A DNA stretch of 63,758 nt, the filler included, from Thraustochytrium aureum (lineage: Eukaryota): NCBI GenBank assembly GCA_012862495.1. It is 7 parts of 6 records of this genome, joined end to end, with 100 filler letters (N's around TTAATTAATTAA, not from the genome) between each part and the next. Parts side by side here need not be neighbours in the genome. Positions count along the whole stretch, not along the records: positions 12,824 to 37,328 come from BLSG01000029.1; positions 37,429 to 42,819 come from BLSG01000030.1; positions 42,920 to 46,921 come from BLSG01000031.1; 4 more parts are not named here. One strand, 5' to 3'. The notes below the pieces were generated by a model that saw only the letters and a program-made list of their open reading frames with translations, did not search any database and was not told the origin of the DNA. A program made the position numbers and the translations under genes. Below, piece after piece: positions 35,101 to 44,066 of the stretch. The first letter of the stretch is position 1. Each line of letters begins with the position of its first letter.

Positions 35101-37315
35101 AAAGTGCTTTGCCCTTGGGTTTGTCGGTCATTCGCACTCGTACTTGCGAAGTGGTTGGAACGTGCTCGACTTTGTGATTGTGGTCGTCTCGATCTTGAGT
35201 CTTCTCCTCGATGGTGGAGGGATCAAGGCACTCAAGTCGCTCCGGCTGCTGCGCGCGTTGCGCCCCCTCCGCGTTATCAGCAGGAGCCCTGGGATGCGGG
35301 TCGTTGTCAGCTCGATCATTGCGGCGATCCCAGCGATCGCAAACGTGATGATCGTCTTGATTCTCTTCATGCTCGTTTTCGCCATCATAGGCGTGCAAAA
35401 TTTCAGTGGCGGTCTCAACTCGTGCAATGATCCTGACGTCAAGGGACCTACGATGACGGACTGTGTCGGCTACGCTGGCAACAAGGTGCCGGAAGGCCAC
35501 CAGCCGCTGGTCTGGTTTCCGCGCTTGGATTCGTGCTGGGTCCTTCCGACCGACGCGCTCATCGAGACCTGCCTCGCAAACGGGACTGCTGGGTGCCAAT
35601 CTTGCCTGGATGGGTCTGGCTTTGGCGTCGCAGGCCCAGACGGCCTGGTCGGGTTTCCGCGTCTGTGGGCCCCAAACGGCGGGATCCCACACTCGTTCAA
35701 CTTTGACAACGTTGGGCAATCGCTCCTCGTTGTGTTGGAGGTCATCACCGGAGAAATGTGGCCCTACATCTTGTACACCACCCTGGACATAAGCGGCCCG
35801 GACAAGCCGATGCTTGAGTGGCCGCACCGCGAGAACACAAGCGTGGCATGGTGGTTTATTTTCGTCATCTTGGTCTGTTCCTTCCTGATGGTCAATGTTC
35901 TCGTTGGCGTTATCATCGACAACTTTAACCAGATGAAAGCCGAGCAGGACGGCGGTCTCCTGACCGTAGAACAGAGGGCTTGGGTGGAGATGATGAAGCG
36001 CACGATCAGAGAGTCGCCGACCAAGCGCATTGAGCCCCCGACGAACCCGCTCCGGCGTTCGGCGTTCGACTTGGTGACTTCGAAGCGGTTTGAGATCTTC
36101 ATTATGTCGGCAATACTCCTCAACACGTTCGTGATGATGCTCGGTGGCGACGACACCTCGGCACTTGCCCAGCAAGTCAGCAGGACCTTGAACGAAGTAT
36201 TCTCGGTGGTCTTTACCCTGGAAGCTGCTGTCAAGTTATTCGGACTGGGCCCCAGGCAGTACTTTGGGGCCGGCTGGAATATCTTTGATATCTCTCTCGT
36301 GGTCCTTGGTTGGGCTGGGTACATTGGCGGCTTGGGGCCGATTGCGTCGTTGCTGCGCGTTTTTCGGGTGGCGCGGATCTTCCGCTTGTTGCGCACGTCG
36401 CCTGCGCTTTTTGTTATCTTCCAGACGATTGTGTTCTCGATTCCGTCAATCCTAAACGTCGTCAGTCTTTATTGTTTGCTGACGCTGGTCTACAGTATTC
36501 TGGGGATGAATTTGTTCTCTCACATCAAGCACGGCGAGGTGCTGAACGACGACGCCAACTTTATGACGCTCGGGTCATCCGCTGCTGTTTTATTCCGCAT
36601 TTCCACAGGGGAGAGCTTCACCGGAATGATGTACGACTGCATGATCCAGCCCCCGTACTGCGACCCCGAGGAGAACTGCGGCTACAAAATCCTCCCCCCA
36701 GTCTTCTTTTCAAGCTACTCACTCGTCTCAGCATACATTATGCTCTGTCTGATTACTGCCATCATCCTCGACCAGTTTGCCGACAATGCAGCAACGTTCC
36801 AAAGCGCCGTGACGCCTCACCATGTCAGCGACTTCAAGGCTGCTTGGAGCAAGCTCGATCCAAAGGGATCGATGTTCATTCCAGCAGACGCGCTTCCAAA
36901 GCTGGTACAGAATGTTCCGTATCCGCTTGGGGTGAAGGGAATGCCAGAGCGCTACGCAAAGGGGCGTCCCAGGCGCAAGCTGGCAAACCAACTTGTTCGC
37001 TCCATCATGGTGCCATCTATCTGCGGCTCTGTTGCGTTCAACGACGTGCTGACTGAGCTGACGGCAGCGGCGATGCCGGACACGAAGGTCCCAGACAACC
37101 ATGTGGCGTCGACAAAACTGAAGCGGCAAAAAACGAAACGTCAAAGCCAAATGTTTCAGCGGATGGGCACAAGCCGCGACCTTGTCACAGTTTTCGCTGC
37201 TGAAGCAAACGACATCATCATCATGCAGTCTGCAGTGCGAGGCTTTCTCCAGCGCCGCAAGTCTGCGATTGAAAATGATGCCGGTCACGAACAAGTAGGA
37301 CGGGTTGAAGGCTGA
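32162..37315 (+). CDS. Four-domain voltage-gated cation channel alpha subunit (Cav/Nav-like)
   Basis: Four S4 segments (RTFRVLRPLR, RSFRLLRVFK, KSLRLLRALRPLR, RVFRVARIFRLLR), WNxLDF S3 motifs, P-loops (TMGW, TSEVW, TGEMW, TGESF), an EF-like region FKAAWSKLDP and a C-terminal IQ-like motif MQSAVRGFLQRR. Confidence 0.96.
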   Translation: MSKPGFPSDDSNGSSSSAVEVKAGKARRRHLVGKSLGLFSKDSSIRILCLRLMDSPVFSKCVLLLIIANCVFLGLVEPFPTCCSSAQLADEQWFKASPKDSLYICDSDNKLLASTTLDDLEKRCCIDADSLEDDPYNLCASAQLRQVQDSAELFFTIMFSIEMTIKVIAFGLILGKGAYLRDSWNVLDFVVVCVGWLSFLPSIVNLSVLRTFRVLRPLRTLSSIPGMRLVVSAIITCIKNMVHVLMFASFLYTVFGIVGVQLFSGTLRGRCHYVDPTAQGDFEHAKYGAVEALSMMSILESDETPCALPCNHDVENGAFKWSAWTRTTENCLELSGGSCAMRGASILENPFFNLSAPSDAREQQTVSLPKALLAQAAHARDVHSENDSELWDGIKIDSEAGTFTQFYNLSSPSVKVISFCLDMGENQIGDGFASFDHIGYAWLTILTMGWIDIINGIQATFGHPTFVFLYFFAMTLSCTFLVLELTLTVISEAYDTAAEAEKERLRNAAEKLEAGESDAETILGTSDQTQSSSAQEAAPLITEAAELTPWGPAPVRAIFRFVNGSAFVGFVIVLIVLNTITLAMESHGMSDDMVAFLAATNVIFTLAFATELVLKVVGLGLRQYMRDPLNVFDFTIVAISIAELLPGSGDEGGSGLGALRSFRLLRVFKLARSWKNLRKLLRTIFLSILDVANAAILLVIVLFIFTLLGMQLFGGRWKPTYFCEDPTDYEACRVEAPRPNFDTFWWGFATIFQTLTSEVWNEVLYASKTVHGELSWVYFISLYLIGTYMILNLFLVVLLARFEIADEDDEPKKAPNTVARNANNGTGAAVAPLPADQSVAQTGTNAPETIGVSSQQGVRPGFARQGISAPPKFRQQDHGDQQEVVINNPNKVTMNLTAKAFFLFPPEMPLRQAAFKLVSSASFDNFILALIGISTVFLAIEEPWVEKTCKPAGSECATFWNILYVGDIILNVLFIIELALKCFALGFVGHSHSYLRSGWNVLDFVIVVVSILSLLLDGGGIKALKSLRLLRALRPLRVISRSPGMRVVVSSIIAAIPAIANVMIVLILFMLVFAIIGVQNFSGGLNSCNDPDVKGPTMTDCVGYAGNKVPEGHQPLVWFPRLDSCWVLPTDALIETCLANGTAGCQSCLDGSGFGVAGPDGLVGFPRLWAPNGGIPHSFNFDNVGQSLLVVLEVITGEMWPYILYTTLDISGPDKPMLEWPHRENTSVAWWFIFVILVCSFLMVNVLVGVIIDNFNQMKAEQDGGLLTVEQRAWVEMMKRTIRESPTKRIEPPTNPLRRSAFDLVTSKRFEIFIMSAILLNTFVMMLGGDDTSALAQQVSRTLNEVFSVVFTLEAAVKLFGLGPRQYFGAGWNIFDISLVVLGWAGYIGGLGPIASLLRVFRVARIFRLLRTSPALFVIFQTIVFSIPSILNVVSLYCLLTLVYSILGMNLFSHIKHGEVLNDDANFMTLGSSAAVLFRISTGESFTGMMYDCMIQPPYCDPEENCGYKILPPVFFSSYSLVSAYIMLCLITAIILDQFADNAATFQSAVTPHHVSDFKAAWSKLDPKGSMFIPADALPKLVQNVPYPLGVKGMPERYAKGRPRRKLANQLVRSIMVPSICGSVAFNDVLTELTAAAMPDTKVPDNHVASTKLKRQKTKRQSQMFQRMGTSRDLVTVFAAEANDIIIMQSAVRGFLQRRKSAIENDAGHEQVGRVEG

Positions 37316-37328
37316 GGCGCGGCACGGA

Positions 37329-37428
37329 NNNNNNNNNNNNNNNNNNNNNNNNNNNNNNNNNNNNNNNNNNNNTTAATTAATTAANNNNNNNNNNNNNNNN
37401 NNNNNNNNNNNNNNNNNNNNNNNNNNNN
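37329..37428. other. Artificial scaffold linker
   Basis: 44 N + TTAATTAATTAA + 44 N. Confidence 0.97.
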
Positions 37429-40400
37429 GGCCGACAGCGGGCCACGGGAAAAACACCCGCCGATAGTTTCCCCAGTACGGAATTCACGAACTTTGGCACA
37501 GGTATGTGGCGCAAAATACACGACACGTGTAGTGAGTTTACTCCGGGTCTTGCATGGAAATGCCACCCCGAAAAGTGCGACGGCGAGCCTAACCTTAAAC
37601 CTAATAAAACCTAACTAAGTCCTCTATTTATATATAGAGGGAGAGTTCATCGGTCGTAACGGCTTTTCGGCTTTTCGTGTCCGCGCGGTATGGTTTGTAC
37701 AGAAAGGACATGGAGGTCGTCATGGCAGAAAGTGTTTTGTTTGGATTCTATTTTATCGCTCGCGCTCAGCAGCCGCGGGTCATCATACAATTGCAGAGCT
37801 ACTCGATGCTAGCCCACGGTCGGTGTCCGTGGCCCAGCTGGTTCCCATGGCAGAAGGGCGACCCCGATTGTCTTCTTACCCGTGTCTGCCTCGCAATTGC
37901 TGTGGAAAGCCATCCGTGCGATGCAAGACGCGGCTCCTGATGCTGGGCCTCGTCCGCGGTCCCGATGAAGGATTAGTGTGTCTCTAAGCAGCAAGCTAAC
38001 TTGCCTTTCGTTACGTTCATCTGCGCAGGCGAAAGAGATCGAGTTAGCTTGCGTTGGCACCTCGTTTGGAAGCTAGCCAGCCAAACAACCAGACAGCAAA
38101 CCACACGCGCGCGGACAATCGACGCTACTTACCAACGGGTATTTCGAGCCCAGGCGAGCCTGCCTTCAGCAGTGCAGTCCAGGTTGCTGACCATGAGGAA
38201 GTTGCTCACAACTTGGCAGCTCCGAGGCGCACGCTGCCAGCCCAGACAAAGAAAAGAGCAAGCAAGCTGAGGCTGCCCGAAGTGAGCGGGGCCACGCCCG
38301 CCGTCCGGCAGCGCCCTGCACGGAGAGCGCGTCCATGTGATTGATCTCCGAGGCGTTCTGCTCTTGCGAGAGCGGTTTGACGTCTTGCTCGCCTTGGAGC
38401 GTGCTGGCGCCAAGCGCCTCGGCTTGTGTGGGTTAGGGCCTGCCGTATGCGTGCGTGTTGGACTCACCTGGGTTGGTCGGTACGGGTTTTGCTGTCTTGC
38501 TACTGGCCGCGCCTTGGCCGACGAGCTGGGCGCCGCCGCGCGCGCCTCTCGCGCAGGTTGCTTCGCTTGCCGATTCCGCAGTCGCTGTCGTCGCCGCGCC
38601 TTGGTCTGGTTCCGGGACGGCTCGGCGCGTCCATGGCGCATGTTGTGTTGTGCTGGGCGCGGCTTGCCTGACTGGCTTCCACGCGCGCTGCTCTTGGCGT
38701 GGCTGCTTGTCTCGCTGCACGACGCTGCTCTATTGCGTGTTGCTCACTTGGGTTGGGTGTTTGCTCTCGAGCGCGCGGGGCCTCGGCGAGCCCTGTCGCG
38801 GCCGCATCATGAACAACGCGGACGACCTGAACCGGGTTGCCCGTCCAGACGACCACATCAAATGGTAGGCCAACGGCTAAAAATCTTTTCTTTTCCTCAC
38901 AAAATTCGAATTTTTTGGGCTGTTCATGAAGCGACGTCGACAAGAACGCAGCGTTGCGACGGACGACGGACCGCGCAGCCAGGCAGCAGAGAGCACGCGG
39001 TGCAAGCGACGAGGGGGCGCGCGACACTTGCAAGCGAGGGAAGGCGCCGAGCGGGATTCGAAGAGGACGGAGGGGAGGATGGGAACGGGCAAGGCCGCCT
39101 GCCGACGCAAGCGGGCGCGTGGCACGATCGAGCCGCGGCGCAGTACTGCCATGCGTGCACCAGGAGGAGCTTGCATCATGTCAAGGAGTGCGTGCTTCAC
39201 GCGTTATGGGGCGAGCCTGGAGCCACGGTCATTGGAGGCACCGGCGGGTGGTACCTGCGGTGCCCGGCCCACGCCACGGCGAGCGGCTGCTCCAAGTGCT
39301 TCATCCGCGTCGCCCGTCGGCTACGCTATCCTAGCCGACCATTTGCTGCGCCACGAGCACCACCTCGCTTTGGATGGCGCAAGCCAAGCGCAGCTTTTGG
39401 CCGACAAGGCGAGCTTCGTCGAGCACATTGAGCGTAGCGGAAAGTTTCGCTTCCACGTCGCGACGCCGCAAACTCTGCCCCCACTTCCAAGTCAAGGCGG
39501 GAACAGCNNNNNNNNNNNNNNNNNNNNNNNNNNNNNNNNNNNNNNNNNNNNNNNNNNNNNNNNNNNNNNNNNNNNNNNNNNNNNNNNNNNNNNNNNNNNN
39601 NNNNNNNNNNNNNNNNNNNNNNNNNNNNNNNNNNNNNNNNNNNNNNNNNNNNNNNNNNNNNNNNNNNNNNNNNNNNNNNNNNNNNNNNNNNNNNNNNNNN
39701 NNNNNNNNNNNNNNNNNNNNNNNNNNNNNNNNNNNNNNNNNNNNNNNNNNNNNNNNNNNNNNNNNNNNNNNNNNNNNNNNNNNNNNNNNNNNNNNNNNNN
39801 NNNNNNNNNNNNNNNNNNNNNNNNNNNNNNNNNNNNNNNNNNNNNNNNNNNNNNNNNNNNNNNNNNNNNNNNNNNNNNNNNNNNNNNNNNNNNNNNNNNN
39901 NNNNNNNNNNNNNNNNNNNNNNNNNNNNNNNNNNNNNNNNNNNNNNNNNNNNNNNNNNNNNNNNNNNNNNNNNNNNNNNNNNNNNNNNNNNNNNNNNNNN
40001 NNNNNNNNNNNNNNNNNNNNNNNNNNNNNNNNNNNNNNNNNNNNNNNNNNNNNNNNNNNNNNNNNNNNNNNNNNNNNNNNNNNNNNNNNNNNNNNNNNNN
40101 NNNNNNNNNNNNNNNNNNNNNNNNNNNNNNNNNNNNNNNNNNNNNNNNNNNNNNNNNNNNNNNNNNNNNNNNNNNNNNNNNNNNNNNNNNNNNNNNNNNN
40201 NNNNNNNNNNNNNNNNNNNNNNNNNNNNNNNNNNNNNNNNNNNNNNNNNNNNNNNNNNNNNNNNNNNNNNNNNNNNNNNNNNNNNNNNNNNNNNNNNNNN
40301 NNNNNNNNNNNNNNNNNNNNNNNNAAGAACTTTGCGAAATCCCAGTACGACCTCCGCAAAGTGCTCAACAGGTGTTTGGCCAACGACGTCTTGGGCCACA

Positions 40401-42819
40401 TCAACACGGCCAAGTACCTTCCGCTCATGCAAGCTCTCCTCGCTCTCTGCTACACGGAGACGCTCGACGACAAGATCAGCGAGGTCGTCACACTCGCGGA
40501 CGAGCTCCTCTGTATCGTGCCCGCCGTGGAGAGCTTGGTGCAGCTCTGCTACTTTGCACAGCTTCCAGCCGTGACGCAGCTCGGCGTGGAGTCGGCTGTG
40601 CGCCTCGCGTTCGTCCTCGACACGCAGTTCGTCCCGCTTCGCTTGCAATACAATCGCGCCAAGACGGCCAACTTGGGTTCCTTTCCTGCGTCGACGCGGA
40701 CGCTCAAGGCGCACGGGATCATGCACCTGTTCAACAATCTGTCGCTGCATGGCGCAGCCCCAACCACCGACACGGGCCACTTTGAGAGCTCGCACAAGCG
40801 CACGAAAAAGTACATGGCGCAGACCAACCGGGGCGACCACTCCGAAGCTTGTCAGGACTTGCTCAAGCGCGTCATCGAGGCCTCCACGGCACACTACGCA
40901 CAACAAGTAGACTGTGAGCCGCTCGTTTCTGGAAGCAAGCTTCGAGGGGCGTGCTTCGCGGTTGGCACCCTGATGGCCGCCGTCGTCGCCATGCGGAAGA
41001 TCGTGAAAAAGGCCGTCGAGGTGATGTGCGGAGAAGAAGCCGACGACACAATCGCCGAGGCTGTCAACGAAAGCTATGTCGCGGGGGTGATGCGCTTGGA
41101 CCCAGAGTCGGCCAGCGTGTTTGAGGTCAAGGCCTCGTGCGACGTCACACGCAACACAGACTTTGGGGTGATCTCGCACGATCTGCGCGGCCTGTTCAAG
41201 TCGTGCAGCAACGACACGTTCCCGATGTACGAAGGGGGCGCGCAGCTTGCGGTCAAGAGCGACGGTGCGTTGTTCCTCGTCCTGTGTGGTGTGGCGGTCG
41301 TCCACTCGAGCGAGGCATGGATGCTCACGATGCCTCAGCGTGCCGAGCCGCTCAAGCCAAGCCGCCTGTTTGGCGGCATGCCGCCCCGGTCGATGGTTCA
41401 CGTGCGCATCAGCGAGTCGGCCGTGCAGCTCGTCAAGGCCAGCGACCTGCGGCCGCTGGCCACTTACCGGCTTCCCGTGACGAGCAAAGCCAAGAGCCTC
41501 GCTGGTTTCCCGCAAGGGGGGCACGGGTTTCTTCCGGACGAGTACGCTGGTGACATCGAGAACGGCTATGCGTTTGTGCGCAGCAGCGCAGCAGTCGAGA
41601 GAGACTACAACGCGGCCCTCGTTGGGCAAGTCTTTGAGCTGTCGCCAGTGGACCCCCAACAGGGCTTGCCCCTCAGCAACGCCAGGATTGTCAAGATCGC
41701 CTCATTCAACGCGGACACTGGCGAGCACGTCGCACATGGCCGTGACGACAAGGCGTCGGCGCCACGCCTCGATCTTGTGGCCAAATTTCCGCTCGAGGTC
41801 GTCGACGGGCGCACCGTCATCACAATGCACTTGTCGGAAAGCGGCTCGGGCAGTTGGCATCCAGTGGCGTGGCAGAGTGCAGAGCTGAGCGACTTCGAGG
41901 CGTACTTTGCGCCGCCAACGGCCGCCTCGCCGCAAACGCTGCGGCGCATCGGAGTCCACTGGGACGGTTCTTGGCGCCAAGCCATAGTGCGGCGGACGCT
42001 CTGCTTGGAGGGGGGATCGAGCACGGATCTTCTGTTTGTTGAGGACCCCAATGCGCCGCCCGGCGGCCTCCCGCTCGTGGTTTCCGCCAACGACGAGCTC
42101 TCAGTGCCTCAAAGCAACACGAACGGGCTGCAGGTCTTGCATTGGAAGCCTGGCGATCACTTTGACGCCGCGAGCGCTCGGATCGACCGTCGCAGAACGC
42201 TCGCGAGCGCGCTCGGGATGGACACGGCAGGCGACGCGAAGCCGCGCCGACACCAGAAGAAGAAGCGGGCGCGGGAGCCGGACGACAGCGATTGAAGCAT
42301 TCTAAAAAAGCGCTCTCCACGATACATTGCCCACTTGACACAAACACCCGACTACGCTGCTTGGCAACAGCACCAGCCGCCGCAGCACCAGCGCGGCCGG
42401 CCATGGCCCCAAGCGGCTCGCACTCAGCCACTGCAAGAAAACGCTCCGACAGAACCAAATTGCAGAACCCGCTTGTAAAGACCGGACACACGAGTGGGTC
42501 GTAAGGTGAGGGAGACAGAACCACGTGTCCAAAGAACCACGGCAGACACAGCCAACCCGGAGAACAAGATGGCGTGAAAAATTAAAAGAACCGGCGCATG
42601 CGATGATTTTCGACGAACAAAGAACAAACAGCCGCACAAGGTGAAGGACAGCATCGGACCGAGAACAGTAGAGCATCAGACACAGCAGGGTCAGCCAGTG
42701 GCCAATACAAATAGGTGACAGAGAATAACAGAGGACAGAGGTCGCTCGATCCGGCCAATTCAATGTTTTTACTCCGTGAGGGGAAGCGCACATCAAAGCT
42801 CACCTGGTGGCCTGCCGTC
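37429..42819 (+). mobile_element. Putative CMC-superfamily (CACTA/Mirage/Chapaev/Plavaka-like) DNA transposon occupying a whole scaffold
   Basis: Contains a transposase-like ORF and no host genes. The flanks are lower-GC and non-coding, and there are weak inverted matches at both scaffold ends. No TSD is visible. Confidence 0.6.
40325..42295 (+). CDS. Plavaka/CMC-like transposase, C-terminal part (5' portion in the N gap and probably 38926-39507)
   Basis: LKAHGIMHLFNNLSLHGAAPTTDTGHFESSHKRTKKYMAQTNR matches the KxHxxxH..G....T..E..HK......TN catalytic-Glu block of CMC/Plavaka transposases. A C-terminal NLS (RRHQKKKRAR) is present. A frameshifted Cys/His cluster lies upstream at ~39250-39365. 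Confidence 0.65.
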   Translation, partial: KNFAKSQYDLRKVLNRCLANDVLGHINTAKYLPLMQALLALCYTETLDDKISEVVTLADELLCIVPAVESLVQLCYFAQLPAVTQLGVESAVRLAFVLDTQFVPLRLQYNRAKTANLGSFPASTRTLKAHGIMHLFNNLSLHGAAPTTDTGHFESSHKRTKKYMAQTNRGDHSEACQDLLKRVIEASTAHYAQQVDCEPLVSGSKLRGACFAVGTLMAAVVAMRKIVKKAVEVMCGEEADDTIAEAVNESYVAGVMRLDPESASVFEVKASCDVTRNTDFGVISHDLRGLFKSCSNDTFPMYEGGAQLAVKSDGALFLVLCGVAVVHSSEAWMLTMPQRAEPLKPSRLFGGMPPRSMVHVRISESAVQLVKASDLRPLATYRLPVTSKAKSLAGFPQGGHGFLPDEYAGDIENGYAFVRSSAAVERDYNAALVGQVFELSPVDPQQGLPLSNARIVKIASFNADTGEHVAHGRDDKASAPRLDLVAKFPLEVVDGRTVITMHLSESGSGSWHPVAWQSAELSDFEAYFAPPTAASPQTLRRIGVHWDGSWRQAIVRRTLCLEGGSSTDLLFVEDPNAPPGGLPLVVSANDELSVPQSNTNGLQVLHWKPGDHFDAASARIDRRRTLASALGMDTAGDAKPRRHQKKKRAREPDDSD

Positions 42820-42919
42820 NNNNNNNNNNNNNNNNNNNNNNNNNNNNNNNNNNNNNNNNNNNNTTAATTAATTAANNNNNNNNNNNNNNNNNNNNNNNNN
42901 NNNNNNNNNNNNNNNNNNN
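42820..42919. other. Artificial scaffold linker
   Basis: 44 N + TTAATTAATTAA + 44 N. Confidence 0.97.
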
Positions 42920-42959
42920 GCCCAGCGACCGCGAGGCCAGCCTCCAACCCATCCCCCAC

Positions 42960-44066
42960 CTACGACGCCAGGAGGCGGACACGCGGGAGTGGAATCGCTG
43001 CCGGAACAGGGCCCACGGGTGCCGCCAAGGCCAGGCGAACGAAAGACCGGATGTCGGAGCGCGAAAGTGATGAACGCGCCGCGAAAAACGCGGGAAACTC
43101 CGTCCGGACGTAGTTGCGGAAGGAGTCCACGGACTGCCAGCCGAGGTGCTGTGATATAACCTCGAGGTTGAAACCGAGCGCGAGGAGGAGGTTAAGGCAG
43201 CCGACACGAAGGGAGTGGCACCCCAACGGGGGCACCACGCCGAACGACTGTAAGAACCGATGGAGATCGTCGCGCGTCAACGGCCGACCTTGCGCGTCCT
43301 GGAAGAGCGGGTCGGTGGTTGAGGTTAGCACCGCGGCTTGTCTGGCGGACGTCGCGGCGCAACACGGGCACAACGAGTCTGCGAAGTGCCCGAGGAAAAC
43401 GCGGAGCGGCCGCGTTTGTCGGGACTTGGACGAGAGCGTTGTGAGGTAGACTCCATCCCGGGCTTGGACGACCCCACCCAAGCAGAGCTGGCGGCGAGGG
43501 TCGAAGCCGGCGCGGGACGATGACACGAGGTTGTCCGAACGGAACCCGGAGAAGAGACCGACGAGGATGACCGCCCAGTAGCGCGAGTGGGAGAAACGCC
43601 GAGCGAGAAGTCTGAGCTGGGCGAGTCGAAGGGGGGGGCGACCCCGGAGACCGGAGGGGTCACGCGCGAAGGAACGGTTACGGGCGCAGCGGACAATGTA
43701 TTGGACGCAGAGGGGGCGCCTCCACTCGATGCCACACAGGAGGTGGGCGAAGAGGACGCCTTGTACGAGGGGTTGGAGACTACCGGGCGCGTGGCCCGCG
43801 CCCCCGTCCGGCGTCCATCCGAGGGCGCGTTCGCCGAGGAACTCACCGAGGAGGACGTCGCGCCGCGCCGAGGGTGCGGCAAAGGGCGGCTCGTTCCACC
43901 GGGCGCAGAACGCGATCCAGGCTTGGACGCCCCGCCAGTAAGTGCGGCGGGAGGCTGGGGCGAGGGAGCCCCAAAGGCTGTGCGTGTAGGCGGAGGGTGC
44001 GCGAGGAAGTCCTGCCAGAACGTTGACGTCGAGATCTCGATGAACTGTGTGTTTGGCGGAAAGTAG
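42960..44066 (-). CDS. Tyrosine recombinase of the retrotransposon (open frame without ATG, overlapping pol)
   Basis: Manual translation gives a stop-free 369-codon frame. It contains SLAPASRRTYWRGVQAWIAFC (core-binding domain), GFRSDNL (catalytic R), SKSRQ (K), HSLRVG (HxxR), HLGW and SFRNYVR (catalytic Y). Confidence 0.9.
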   Translation of the reverse strand, partial: LLSAKHTVHRDLDVNVLAGLPRAPSAYTHSLWGSLAPASRRTYWRGVQAWIAFCARWNEPPFAAPSARRDVLLGEFLGERALGWTPDGGAGHAPGSLQPLVQGVLFAHLLCGIEWRRPLCVQYIVRCARNRSFARDPSGLRGRPPLRLAQLRLLARRFSHSRYWAVILVGLFSGFRSDNLVSSSRAGFDPRRQLCLGGVVQARDGVYLTTLSSKSRQTRPLRVFLGHFADSLCPCCAATSARQAAVLTSTTDPLFQDAQGRPLTRDDLHRFLQSFGVVPPLGCHSLRVGCLNLLLALGFNLEVISQHLGWQSVDSFRNYVRTEFPAFFAARSSLSRSDIRSFVRLALAAPVGPVPAAIPLPRVRLLAS

